64,000 nt of DNA, taken from assembly GCA_963695875.1 (NCBI GenBank), contig CAVOID010000008.1, positions 192,001-256,000 of the forward strand, given 5' to 3'. Shown piece after piece: positions 39,710 through 50,876 of this stretch. Both the position numbers and the translations under genes were made by a program. The number at the start of each line of letters is the position of its first letter. The stretch's first letter is position 1. Below the pieces are notes generated by a model, which was not told the origin of the DNA, ran no database searches, and was given only the letters and a program-made list of their open reading frames with translations. Source of the DNA: an uncultured delta proteobacterium. Lineage in GTDB: Bacteria; Desulfobacterota; Syntrophia; Syntrophales; UBA2185.

Positions 39710-42040
39710 TTACTTGATGCCGTTCTGTTTCTGTGGTTTTTCTTTGATAAGCTCTTCCTTCTTTATTCTTCCCTCACTTGATTCGGACATCTTGTCGATA
39801 AACTGCGTGGACATGTCCTTTGCTTCTTTCTGGTTTTTAATCACGTGAGGTGTCAGCAGGATGATGAGTTCTTGTCTTTTTATGTCATCTTCCGTGCTGC
39901 CGAATAGCCAGCCGATGATAGGTATCTTTGAAAGGAATGGTATGCCTGATCTTGATTTAGAAGTGTCTTCTCTGATGAGACCGCCAATAACGATTGTCTG
40001 GCCGTCCTGTACGACGAGATCTGTTGTCACATCGGTCTTGTCTAGGAGAATCTGCTGATCACCGGAAAGTGTAATAGTCTCAAAGGTGGAGATTTCCTGA
40101 TAAATCTCCAGAGATACAAGACCGCCTGCGTTAATCCGGGGCTTTACTTTTAGAATGATACCTATGTCCCGGTACTGAAAAGTCCGCTGCGGGGCAATAG
40201 TGGTTGATCCGTATGTTTCCGTGGTTATCAGGGGGACCTGTTGGCCGACTTGAATCTTAGCCTCCCTGTTATCGGAGACAAGGATATGCGGGGCCGCCAA
40301 TACTTTGGCTTTCGAATCCGTGGCAAGAGCCGTGATGAGGGCCCTGACTGTGCCTGCAGCATCTACACCCACAAAAGTGAATCCACCGAGAGAAAGGTTA
40401 TTCGGATCCACGGCTAGACCCTGCGGATTCATAGCAAACCTGGTTCCAATATCACCGCTGCCGCCGAAATTACTAATATTACCCTTGAAAAGAGCAGAAA
40501 TACCGAAACTGAGATTATCAGTCAGCGCTACAGAAGCTATCATGCCCTCGATAACTACCTGTCTTGGAACGACATCGATCTCTTCGATGGTTTTTTTAAT
40601 AGCAGCATAATCTTCCGGTGTGGACATAACAATTACCGTATTTGTGATCTCATCGGGGATTATTCTTGTAAAATCAGAAACGAGCATTTCTCCACCGGTG
40701 GATATCGTAGAAACCTGAGGCAAAGAAGAACTTGTAAGAACAGGGGCCGTTGGCGGTGAAGCAACCGGGGTCCCGGACGTCGTTCTGGAGGGAGGAGCGG
40801 CACGTTCCGTCGTAGCACCCTTCCCACCGAGGAATATCTGCTGCAGCAGATTGGCGATATCTTTTGCTTTGCTGTTCTGTACTTGATAGACAAAGACCTG
40901 AGGCTTCCTTTGCTTGAGCTTTTCGTTGTCAAATACGTCGATAAGCTTAAGCATGCGCCTTACATTGGCATCTGTATCCACGATAATAATCTGGTTTCCC
41001 TTCGGCACATCAATAAGAACGGCATTAGCCGAGGCAAAAGGCGCTATCAGTTTGAGGACTTCCGAGGATTGGACATAGGTGATGGGAATTACCTGGAGCA
41101 GGGCCTTCCCCGTTATCGGAATCTTCGCCGGATCACGGCCGTAACTGACGGGCGAGGGTTCCTTCGAAATGTCGCTGAGGGGGACAATCCTGTAGAGGCC
41201 GTTTTCCTCTACCACACCTATGCCGTTGAGTCTGAGGATGACCTCCATAAGTGGGAGCACACTCTCCACGGGAACAGGAGCAATGGCCCGGAAAGTCACT
41301 CTTCCTTTTACACGGGGGTCAACAACATAATTGACCTTCAGGACCTCACCGAAAACGGTCTGGATGATCATGTATACATCGGCATCGTCAAAATTCAGGG
41401 TAAACTGGCCTCTGCGGGGCGCTGGGCCAGGCGATGTCTGAAGATTTGATGGAAGTTGGGGTTGCTGTATGCCGAACGGCCGCCTCAAACTGGCCGGTGG
41501 TAAAGGTCCCTGCGTCGGTTGAAGGCCCGGTGCGGTTAGGGTTGTCGGAATCTGGACCTCGCCGGTTTTATCTGCTTCATTCTTGTTTTGCCGCTGATCC
41601 TGTAGCGGTGATTCCACCTTTTGTCCCGGAATGCCGACAGTCTGACCTGACGCTGGTTCACCAGGTCTGACAGGTGTTTTCTGCATGGCTGAAGGCACCT
41701 GAGGCTCAGCCTTTTCATGGGTTGTAGCTGGTGTGTAGTTTTGGGGTTCAGCAGAATTTTTGTCAGGCAACTGAGGTAATATGACCTGCTGATCAGGTCT
41801 TGTTGCCTGTGGAGGAGATTGTGGCTGCTGTCTTGATTTAACATCAGTCGGGCCGGTTGACTGTTCCGGCGATTGCGCCTGCGCCCAGCAACATTCTTCC
41901 ATGCCTAACATCGGCATGTGTAAACTGAAAATGCCAATTGATAGGATGAATATAATATACAAGGTAAAGAAGGATCGCTGTGTATACAAAATGCCTCCAC
42001 GGTTTTTTTGTACAGAGTCTTGTGGCCTGACCTTCATCAA
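39710..42040 (-). CDS. gspD: Type II secretion secretin GspD with long Pro/Gln-rich N-terminal extension
   Basis: LNFDDAD, PRQVVIE, NREAKIQVGQQVP, YRDIGIILKVKP, GQTIVIGGLI, PFLSKIPIIGWLF. Confidence 0.93.
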   Translation of the reverse strand: MMKVRPQDSVQKNRGGILYTQRSFFTLYIIFILSIGIFSLHMPMLGMEECCWAQAQSPEQSTGPTDVKSRQQPQSPPQATRPDQQVILPQLPDKNSAEPQNYTPATTHEKAEPQVPSAMQKTPVRPGEPASGQTVGIPGQKVESPLQDQRQNKNEADKTGEVQIPTTLTAPGLQPTQGPLPPASLRRPFGIQQPQLPSNLQTSPGPAPRRGQFTLNFDDADVYMIIQTVFGEVLKVNYVVDPRVKGRVTFRAIAPVPVESVLPLMEVILRLNGIGVVEENGLYRIVPLSDISKEPSPVSYGRDPAKIPITGKALLQVIPITYVQSSEVLKLIAPFASANAVLIDVPKGNQIIIVDTDANVRRMLKLIDVFDNEKLKQRKPQVFVYQVQNSKAKDIANLLQQIFLGGKGATTERAAPPSRTTSGTPVASPPTAPVLTSSSLPQVSTISTGGEMLVSDFTRIIPDEITNTVIVMSTPEDYAAIKKTIEEIDVVPRQVVIEGMIASVALTDNLSFGISALFKGNISNFGGSGDIGTRFAMNPQGLAVDPNNLSLGGFTFVGVDAAGTVRALITALATDSKAKVLAAPHILVSDNREAKIQVGQQVPLITTETYGSTTIAPQRTFQYRDIGIILKVKPRINAGGLVSLEIYQEISTFETITLSGDQQILLDKTDVTTDLVVQDGQTIVIGGLIREDTSKSRSGIPFLSKIPIIGWLFGSTEDDIKRQELIILLTPHVIKNQKEAKDMSTQFIDKMSESSEGRIKKEELIKEKPQKQNGIK

Positions 42041-42447
42041 TTCCAGCTTACCACATCTGCATCTTCTCCCTCACCGCCGGGAGAGCCGTCTCTACCGTAA
42101 GAAAAGAGGTCGTATTCTCCATGTGTACCGGGACACTGGTAAATATAGGGCTTGCCCCACGGGTCATTGGGCAGATCTTTCTTTAGGTAGGGGCCTTCCC
42201 ACTTGTCGACATTGGGATTGACCATGAGGGCGATCAGACCCTCCTGCGTTGTAGGGTATCTCCCAGTGTCGAGCCGGAACTGATCCAGTGCCTGGCCCAG
42301 AAGTTCTATCTGCGCTTTCGCTGCTGACTGTTTGCCTTTACCGAGCTTCGGAAAAAGGCGTGGTCCCACGAGAGCGGCAATAAGACCGATGATGACCATG
42401 ACCACAAGAAGTTCCACAAGTGTGAACCCTTTTTTATTGGACTGCAT
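42037..42447 (-). CDS. gspG: Major pseudopilin GspG
   Basis: G/FTLVELLVVMVIIG, ALDQFRLDTGRYPT..GL.AL, W.GPYL, DPWG, SYG.DG; start set at ATG 42447. Confidence 0.95.
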   Translation of the reverse strand: MQSNKKGFTLVELLVVMVIIGLIAALVGPRLFPKLGKGKQSAAKAQIELLGQALDQFRLDTGRYPTTQEGLIALMVNPNVDKWEGPYLKKDLPNDPWGKPYIYQCPGTHGEYDLFSYGRDGSPGGEGEDADVVSWN

Positions 42448-42739
42448 AGAAATATCTTTCCGATTCAATTATTTCATTTCAATTAAAATGCTTAGCTAAT
42501 ATTTTACAAGCATCATTATATTTTTTCTGGCTTATTTTTCCATAGGTGAAGAAGCTTATCCCTTTGGCTAAATATATTATTTATATATCAGGAAATGGAT
42601 GATAATAGTTACCAAGAAATAACTTTTTTGCAAAGACAGTTTCTGAATGCATATTCATTGTTCCTCTCTTTGATACAATGAGCTCCCAGCAAGAATCAAT
42701 ACCAAAATTGTCTGTCAGATCTAAACTGGATTTCACAGG

Positions 42740-44047
42740 CTAATTCTTCATAGAAGGTGGTTGGCCTGTCGTCTCAAGAACACGCATCCATACATTGCCC
42801 TCGGGATTGACCTGTGATCCCGAAGTAACCATCCGGAAAGGGATGTATACGTATTCATCCTTCACTAGCCCGACCATCATGCTTGTTTTACCTGCCATAC
42901 CTGCATGAACAGCATACTGACCCAGGGCACCGCAATAGATACTATCGCTGGCATTGGCAGGGACACTGCGGATCGTGTAGCTTGGGTCTATATATTTCAG
43001 ATTTATCTCCATACCCGTCTTCTTGAAATATTCTTCTATCTTTGCCTTTAAAAATAAGCCGATATCCAACAGCTTTATATTACCAGATGCATCCTTTTCA
43101 ACGAGCTCGTTATCTTTATGAATGAGCTCCTGGCCGGCGCCTTCCGCAAGAAGGATCACACAATGACCGCTTTTTTTCAGACGCTTCTCCAGGTTTTTGA
43201 GAAAACCGTTTTCTCCGTCAATATCGAAAGGTACTTCCGGAATCAGTACGAAATTGACATCTCCCTGTGCCAGTGCAGCGCCAGCCGCAATATGACCGGA
43301 TTGGCGGCCCATAATCTTCACGAGTCCAATTCCCATGGGGGCGCCCTGCGCTTCAACATGCGAACACTGGATGACCTTGACCGCTTCGGAGATGGCTGTA
43401 TCAAAACCAAATGTTTTCTGAATTAGGTTCAGGTCGTTGTCAATGGTCTTCGGGATGCCTATGACACTGATGTTAAGCTTTCTTTTTGTTACCTCTTCTG
43501 CGACAAATCTGGCGGCTCTCATAGTACCGTCGCCGCCTATACAGAAAAGTATATCGACATTCATGCGTTTTAATGTATTGACCATCTCGGCAGGATCCTG
43601 CATACCGCGTGATGAAGATAGAATGCTGCCTCCGGACGTATGGATGTCTTTTACAATATCCGGCTTCAATTCCATTACCTGGTGGCCGAATTTTGGTATC
43701 AAACCCTGGAATCCGTATTTAATTCCCATAACGTTTGTTACTCCATATCGGTAAAAGAGTTCCATGAAAATTGCCCTTATGACATCATTGATACCAGGGC
43801 AGAGCCCCCCGCATGTCACAATCGCTGCCTTTGTTTGGACAGGATCAAAAAAAATCATTTCCCGTGGACCTGCCACTTCAATTGATAGTGGTACTCCATC
43901 CGGAGTGGTTGAATCTTTGTAATGCTCCAGGTAGATATTAAAAAGAATTCGTTTGCTGTCGGATGTATAGTAACTGACGCTCACCGGGGATGGTATGGTT
44001 CTCTCCCCCAGATCCTGAATGGTAAAATCATTCAATCCTTTATCCAT
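42740..44047 (-). CDS. ATP-dependent 6-phosphofructokinase (group X type)
   Basis: AGPRE, TCGGLCPGIND, GGDGT, PKTIDND, KYIDPSYTIRS. Confidence 0.9.
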   Translation of the reverse strand: MDKGLNDFTIQDLGERTIPSPVSVSYYTSDSKRILFNIYLEHYKDSTTPDGVPLSIEVAGPREMIFFDPVQTKAAIVTCGGLCPGINDVIRAIFMELFYRYGVTNVMGIKYGFQGLIPKFGHQVMELKPDIVKDIHTSGGSILSSSRGMQDPAEMVNTLKRMNVDILFCIGGDGTMRAARFVAEEVTKRKLNISVIGIPKTIDNDLNLIQKTFGFDTAISEAVKVIQCSHVEAQGAPMGIGLVKIMGRQSGHIAAGAALAQGDVNFVLIPEVPFDIDGENGFLKNLEKRLKKSGHCVILLAEGAGQELIHKDNELVEKDASGNIKLLDIGLFLKAKIEEYFKKTGMEINLKYIDPSYTIRSVPANASDSIYCGALGQYAVHAGMAGKTSMMVGLVKDEYVYIPFRMVTSGSQVNPEGNVWMRVLETTGQPPSMKN

Positions 44048-45510
44048 GCCTTTTCCCCTCCCGTGCTATAACTGAATTAGCCGCGTTAATGCCGGATAAT
44101 ATCTCTCCCTCAAATCCGAGACCTGCCAGCAACATACCTCCCGTCACGTAAACATTACGCATATGTGTCCTATTTGATATGCTTGATAAGCCTAAAAAGG
44201 GACAGGATTGCATGCAATACTTCTGATTAACCACTTCCTGATTGTTTCTTGAAAGTTCGATGGCCTTGTCGATGTTGAGGAAATCAAGATTTTCCTGAAG
44301 GAAAGGAAGAAATGTCTCAAGGGACTGGAATGCGGCGTTAGATATCTCTTTTAGCCCTTCATCTTTCAGTAGTAGTGGAGATTCTTTCAAAAAAACAGTC
44401 GCACTTAATGCCCTTTTGCCGATGAGGGGCTCGTTTGGTGTCGCCTGCAGCGCTTATCTCCAAAAAAATTAAATTATTATCCATGATCTTCCTGTTTTGG
44501 TCGACAATAACGGCAACATATGTTGCCATCTGTTCCGGAATGCACTTATCATGAACACCCATGTGTAAAGTAAACGGATAGTAAGCTGATTTAACTGACT
44601 TGAGCCTGCGTTCCAGACGGCGAAATTTTCTGTCATTAAGGAGAAATAATTTTAGTTTCTCCCATTTTGTACTTACGATGAGGTATCTTCCCTTGATTTT
44701 TGACAGTGTATCAGGTGTTTGAATATCGACGTCAATCCCCTTGTTGGCATTAATTCTGATAACGGAACAATTATCTATGAGTTGACCTCCCGAATCCTCA
44801 AACCTAGATTTGATTGACTGCAAGAGTAAATCATTACCACCCTTGCAATAATACAGTCCCCTTAAGGGGAGAGACAGAGTATATGCTGATAGGATAGACG
44901 GTGTGCCGATATTCGAATCCGCATGAGAGTTTGAGAGGAGGGCGCTTTGTACCTCGAATACTCTTTTTAATGAGGGATTACTTTTGATCCTATTGAATGC
45001 TTTTGAAAGAGACAATCTTTCCCGCATAAGTGTTTGAATATTTTTAAAAAACATGGCAAGTTCTTTATAACTTTTAGGGAACATATATGGTTTTTCACTT
45101 ATCCATTGTCCAACAAGCTCACTGATCTTTAAAACCGGTGTATATAATTTATGAATATCTCCAGCATGACCGGTGAATTCTCTTTCCATCTCCCTAAGCA
45201 GTTTCTCTTGATCACAAAAGAAATCAATCCGGTGATCAGGCAGGATGATTTGCAGACCTGGATCCAGCAAACACAGACCATTGCACTCCGTGATGGATAT
45301 CCCAAGATCAGCTGATAGACGAGAGCATATCTGTGTTGGGCCGAAGCCGGCTAACGGTGATGGATCAACGTTGAAGGTATAACCTGATTCCGTATATGTA
45401 TATTGAACATTACCTTCGGATACAAGAATAGTTTTTATCCCATTGTGGGAAAGCATGGCGGCCGCAATTAATGAGCTTAAATCATTACCGACGATAATAG
45501 TATCATACAT
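44040..45510 (-). CDS. Phytoene-dehydrogenase-like oxidoreductase fold protein; apparent +1 frameshift near 44420
   Basis: N-terminal YDTIIVG, GYTF, Y.CKGG..LL, RAP.GK.AL after frame correction, C-terminal RNVYVTG...GLGFEG...SG..AA. Confidence 0.6.
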
Positions 45511-45747
45511 GTTCTAAAAAAGAGATCCAGGAATACGATTGGACTTAGATTTTTTGATAATCCGTATATATTTCCGAAGAAAGTAGCCGGCCGCGATTAT
45601 GGGCACATCGAGAGACTGTCAGGATAGGATTACGCAGTCGCATTCCGGGAATTCGCATGCTGCCTCTTATTCTGACCCTAGTGCAAATATTTCTTTTCCT
45701 CTTTCGGTGTAAAACTGAATGGCCTGAGTAGAAATCCTGTCTTACTA

Positions 45748-46791
45748 TTATATAAATGATATTGATGGCTGGTCTGTTTCTCTTTTTTCTATGAAACCGA
45801 TGGCATATGCCTTTTCTCCCAATATTCCAAGGCGCTCGATCACTTCAGACGCATCTTTTTCGGGTACGACAATCATCATACCTATACCCATATTAAAAAC
45901 TCTGTACATTTCCATTTCATCGATGCTTCCTATTTTCTTGATAATGTCAAAAATGGGTGGAATGTTCCAGCTGCCTTTTAAAATAACCGCCCGACATTGA
46001 CTGGGCAAAATGCGCGGTACGTTATCAATATATCCACCGCCCGTGATATGAATAATACCTTTGATGCTGAAGTTCTTGATTAAATTCAAGATGGATTTCA
46101 CGTAAATTTTTGTCGGACGAAGAAGTTCCATGCCAATGGAAGAATCGAGATCATTGACATTGTCGTGGATACCTAGTTTCCCCTTTTCGAACAGGATCTT
46201 TCTTGCAAGTGAAAAGCCATTGCTGTGTATACCGTTAGAGGAAATACCGATTATCCTTTCACCAACACGGATTTCTGAACCATCAACTATTCTATCAGCC
46301 TCCACTACTCCGACGCAAAAACCCGCCAGGTCATATTCACCTTCTTTATAAAATGCCGGCATTTCAGCAGTTTCTCCGCCGATAAGCGCACAACCTGCCT
46401 CGCGGCATCCTTTAACGATGCCTTCAATGATCTTTATGCTTTGATCTACATCAAGCTTTCCTGTTGAGATGTAGTCATGAAAAAAGAGCGGTTCTGCTCC
46501 CTGTACTACTACATCGTTGACAGACATTGCAACAAGATCGATACCGATGGTATCATGCTTATCCATCAATTGGGCAATCTTTAACTTTGTTCCAACACCA
46601 TCAGTGGATGAAACCAGTACAGGATTACTATATTTACCGATATCAAGATGAAACAGACTCCCGAAACCACCAATGGCGCTCATAACCTCCTTGCGATAAG
46701 TGGATTTTATAAGTGGTTTAATCCTGTCAACAAAGAGATTAGCTTTGTCTATATCAACGCCTGCATCCTTATACGAAAATTTTTTCTGCAT
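45748..46791 (-). CDS. purM: Phosphoribosylaminoimidazole (AIR) synthetase
   Basis: YKDAGVD, TDGVGTK, GGETAEMP, GIHSNGFS, HITGGG, FNMGIG. Confidence 0.97.
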   Translation of the reverse strand: MQKKFSYKDAGVDIDKANLFVDRIKPLIKSTYRKEVMSAIGGFGSLFHLDIGKYSNPVLVSSTDGVGTKLKIAQLMDKHDTIGIDLVAMSVNDVVVQGAEPLFFHDYISTGKLDVDQSIKIIEGIVKGCREAGCALIGGETAEMPAFYKEGEYDLAGFCVGVVEADRIVDGSEIRVGERIIGISSNGIHSNGFSLARKILFEKGKLGIHDNVNDLDSSIGMELLRPTKIYVKSILNLIKNFSIKGIIHITGGGYIDNVPRILPSQCRAVILKGSWNIPPIFDIIKKIGSIDEMEMYRVFNMGIGMMIVVPEKDASEVIERLGILGEKAYAIGFIEKRETDQPSISFI

Positions 46792-46949
46792 TTTATTACC
46801 AATAGGTCTGTAAGATGGGGATCAGCTTTAGCCTAATTAAGTCCAAATGTCAATTCTTTACTTGCGAAAAATGCGAATATCTGTTAACAGCGTGCAATCC
46901 TTGTATTTGAAATTATTATATTTATATAAAGCTTAAAAGATTTGAGCCT

Positions 46950-49427
46950 ATGGAATCACTTAAAGCAATTCTGGAGAAAATCGAAGCACCATTAGTATTC
47001 TCATCAAGAGATTATTACAGGCATCTGCCCCTCATTAAGGACTTTGAAGTGACAATGACGACATTCTTAAGGCAAATTAAAAATGTGTTGTCACTGTCTG
47101 CAATACAGGCTGATTTAGACATAACTTATAGAAATATAATTTCCGGATTTGAAGAAGCAATTCTGGACTTTGATAAACTATCGTTGGAATGTAAAAAAGA
47201 ACGCATAGAAAAATCGCTTCTTCTCGTGAATGAACTGAAACGAGTTGCCGAAGTATCTTTGAATTTAACTTCCGATATTCAAAATGAAAAGGCATTCCCC
47301 AAATTGGATAATTCAGTCCAGAGTGTTGAAAAGATATCCCTTCCTGTACAGTTCATAAAAGGAGTGGGACCAAAAATCTCGGCTATGCTTGAGAAGAAAG
47401 GATTAAAAACCGTCGAGGATTTGCTGTATTTTGTACCAAGGAAATACGAAGACAGGCGATCCGTGAAGGCGATTAAATCAGTCAGAACCGGTGCCAGGGA
47501 AACAATCATTGGTAAAGTTACCCGAGCAGAGATCATGCTATACAGGAATAAAAGAGTGTATGAGGTAACCATAGACGATGGCAGTGGATTGCTTACCGCC
47601 AAGTGGTTTAAAGGGAACTACAAATATCTGAAAAATATTTTCAAAGAGGGCATACGGGTTATAATGACCGGGGAAGTGAGAGGTTACCTTTTCGGTAAGG
47701 ATATGGTCCACCCTGACTTCGAGGCTTTAGACGACGACGAAAATGGACAAAATCTGCTCCACTTCAAGAGGATTGTACCCGTTTATTCAGAAACGGAGGG
47801 ACTTCACCAGAAACATATCAGGAAGATCATGGCTCATGTGATTGATAACTATTCACGATATGTCTTAAGCCCCATACCTGAAGAAATATGCCAAGAACGT
47901 CATCTTGAAAATATTTATACTGCAATCCGAAATATACACTTTCCTGAATTTAATGAGGATATCGGCGCATACAATGAAATGCAATCAGAGGCGCACCGAA
48001 GACTCATTTATGATGAATTTTTCTTCCTTCAATTGGGCCTAGCTATGAAAAGAAAAGGGAACATACTGGATAAAGGTATAGCATTTAAGACCGGGGGCAA
48101 AATTCTTCAAAAATTTTATGATATTCTTCCATTCAATTTAACCACTGCTCAAAAAAGGGTCATTGGAGAAATCGAAGTGGATATGGAAAAGACCTGCAGC
48201 ATGAATCGGCTTCTTCAGGGTGATGTTGGATGTGGTAAAACGGTAGTATCCATGGCAGCAATGATTACGGCTTGTGAAAATAATTATCAGGCGGCCATAA
48301 TGGCGCCGACTGAGATTCTGGCAGGGCAGCACTATGAACGCATTAAAAATTGGTCTGACCAGCTTGGTTTAAAAGTTGTTTTACTAACCGGCAGCACGAA
48401 AGATCAACAAAGAAGGAAAGTATTTGAAAAGATAAAAAAAAACGATGTTGATATCATAGTCGGTACGCACGCATTGATCCAGGAGCATATAAATTTCGGT
48501 AACCTTGGTTTTGTTGTCGTCGATGAGCAGCACCGCTTTGGTGTTATCCAAAGGGCTGCACTGCGACAAAAGGGGGCAAATCCTGACTTTTTGGTTATGA
48601 CAGCCACTCCGATTCCGAGGACACTTGCGATGACTGTATACGGGGATTTAGATATTTCCGTGATCGATGAATTACCTCCTGGAAGGAAAGAGATTCGGAC
48701 AAAGGTATTTTTTGAAGAGCAACGCAAGAAGGTTTATGACATCATACGGATGGAGTTAAAGAAAGGGAACCAGGTTTTCGTCGTTTATCCATTGGTCGAA
48801 GAATCTGAAAATCTGGAGCTCAAAGATGCAACGAGAATGGCGGAACGCTTGCAGGTAGAAATATTTCCGGAATACAGGGTGGGGCTTATTCATGGACGTA
48901 TGAAAGGGAAAGAAAAGGATAAGATAATGGCAGGTTTCTTAAATAGAGAGATCAATATCCTCGTTTCCACGACCGTCATTGAAGTGGGGATTGATGTCCC
49001 TCAGGCATCTCTAATTGTGGTCGAGCATGCGGAAAGATTTGGCCTGTCACAATTGCACCAGCTGAGGGGAAGAGTTGGAAGAAGTGATATTCCGTCATAC
49101 TGTGTTCTAATGTCGCATCGAAAAGGTTCTGAAGATTCAATCAAAAGACTGCGTGTTATGGAACAAACGAACGATGGCTTTAAGATCGCTGAAGAAGATT
49201 TAGCTATCAGGGGACCTGGTGAGTTTATGGGAACAAGACAATCTGGATTGCCCGATTTTCGCATCGCTCATATACTAAGAGATGTGCAAATTCTAATTGA
49301 GTCAAAGACGGACGCCTTTTATCTCGTTGAAAGAGATCCGATGCTTGAAAAGGAGGATCATGCACAACTTAAAGGAGTCCTTTTGCGCAGGTGGGGCGGC
49401 AGGCTTGAGCTCGCAAAAACCGGCTGA
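46950..49427 (+). CDS. recG: ATP-dependent DNA helicase RecG with N-terminal extension
   Basis: MNRLLQGDVGCGKT, DEQHRFG, MTATPIPRTL, QLHQLRGRVGR, DGF.IAE.DL. Confidence 0.96.
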   Translation: MESLKAILEKIEAPLVFSSRDYYRHLPLIKDFEVTMTTFLRQIKNVLSLSAIQADLDITYRNIISGFEEAILDFDKLSLECKKERIEKSLLLVNELKRVAEVSLNLTSDIQNEKAFPKLDNSVQSVEKISLPVQFIKGVGPKISAMLEKKGLKTVEDLLYFVPRKYEDRRSVKAIKSVRTGARETIIGKVTRAEIMLYRNKRVYEVTIDDGSGLLTAKWFKGNYKYLKNIFKEGIRVIMTGEVRGYLFGKDMVHPDFEALDDDENGQNLLHFKRIVPVYSETEGLHQKHIRKIMAHVIDNYSRYVLSPIPEEICQERHLENIYTAIRNIHFPEFNEDIGAYNEMQSEAHRRLIYDEFFFLQLGLAMKRKGNILDKGIAFKTGGKILQKFYDILPFNLTTAQKRVIGEIEVDMEKTCSMNRLLQGDVGCGKTVVSMAAMITACENNYQAAIMAPTEILAGQHYERIKNWSDQLGLKVVLLTGSTKDQQRRKVFEKIKKNDVDIIVGTHALIQEHINFGNLGFVVVDEQHRFGVIQRAALRQKGANPDFLVMTATPIPRTLAMTVYGDLDISVIDELPPGRKEIRTKVFFEEQRKKVYDIIRMELKKGNQVFVVYPLVEESENLELKDATRMAERLQVEIFPEYRVGLIHGRMKGKEKDKIMAGFLNREINILVSTTVIEVGIDVPQASLIVVEHAERFGLSQLHQLRGRVGRSDIPSYCVLMSHRKGSEDSIKRLRVMEQTNDGFKIAEEDLAIRGPGEFMGTRQSGLPDFRIAHILRDVQILIESKTDAFYLVERDPMLEKEDHAQLKGVLLRRWGGRLELAKTG

Positions 49428-49564
49428 TCAATAACTTAATTTATTTTGACAAGCTTATGTTAACTGTTATAGAAGTGGCAGCGACTAATAACACAACATA
49501 CACTAGTGTAATTAAGCGTAATGTAAATTTTCGCTAAATTAAAATCTAATACAGGTATTAGTCC

Positions 49565-50876
49565 ATGAAAACGATAAACTTGGGATTAATCGGCTTCGGT
49601 ACTATCGGCACAGGTGTGGTCAAACTGCTTCAGGAAGGCATCAGATCTTATCGAGAAGCGGCTCGGCGCAAAACTTGTTGTGAAGAAAATAGCCGATATT
49701 GATATAACCTCACCGAGACAGGTCACCGTCGAGAAAGAGCTGTTAACCCCTGATGCGAAAGTAATCCTTGATGATCCCGAGATATCCATCGTTATTGAGC
49801 TTATCGGCGGGTATGAACCTGCACGCTCGCTTATACTTGAAGCAATGCATAAAAAGAAGCATGTCGTTACAGCTAATAAAGCCCTCTTAGCTACACACGG
49901 AAATGAGATATTTCGAGCAGCTGAAGAAGAAGGGGTTGATATCGGTTTCGAAGCCAGTGTCGGCGGTACAATTCCCATCATCAAGACACTGAAGGAAAGT
50001 CTGGCGGCAAACAGGATGAAGTCAATTTTCGGTATTATGAACGGTACATCGAATTACATATTGAGTAAAATGACCGATGAGGGAAAATCTTTCCAAGTTG
50101 TCCTGAAGGAAGCACAGAAGCTCGGTTTTGCAGAAGCCGATCCAACCTTTGACATTGAAGGTATTGATACGGCTCATAAGCTCGCCATCGTATTGTCTTT
50201 GGCATACGGCAAGAGGGTAAGACTTAAAGATATCTACCGGGAAGGTATCTCCGGAATTAGTAAACAGGATATTGATTTCGGCAGAGAACTGGGCTATCGG
50301 ATCAAACTGCTCGCTATTGCCATTCAAAGAGAAAATTATATTGAGGCAAGGATTCATCCCACTATGGTTCCACTTACCCATCTTCTGGCAAACGTAAATG
50401 GAAATTTCAACGCATTTCATTTCGTCGGTGACGCATCAGGCACGGTTTTCCTGTATGGTCAGGGCGCAGGAATGATGCCCACAGCAAGTGCCGTGATAGC
50501 CGATGTTATTGACATTTCGAGAAATTTATTGAAGGGAATATCCGGACGGGTGCCCGCTCGTTCGCTGAGAGAAGATGTCATTGATGATATCAACCTTATG
50601 TCTTTTGATGACATCTGCACAAACTACTATTTCAGATTTTCTGCATTAGACCGGCCAGGGGTCCTTTCCAAAATTTCCGGAATTCTGGGTGAAAACAATA
50701 TAAGCATTGCTGCAGTGATTCAAAAAGGGCGGCAGCAGGCGGGACCGGTTCCTGTAGTAATGACGACTCATAAATCCAGAGAAAAAGATGTTCAGAAAGC
50801 AATAAGAGAAATTGATCAACTTGATATAATACGCGGAAAAACGGTATTGATACGAATTGAGGACGAACGGCCGTAA
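49565..50876 (+). CDS. hom: Homoserine dehydrogenase with ACT domain; apparent +1 frameshift near 49635
   Basis: ATG 49565 gives MKTINLGLIGFGTIGTGV; downstream frame has VVTANKA, FEASVGGTIP, NGTSNYIL, G.GAG..PTASA, DRPGVL. Confidence 0.93.

Noticed and set aside
45555..45660. Short minus-strand frame with an in-frame TGA (ECDCVILS*QSLDVP...) as a possible selenoprotein
   Set aside because: No start codon in frame after the upstream stop and no clear SECIS; not supportable
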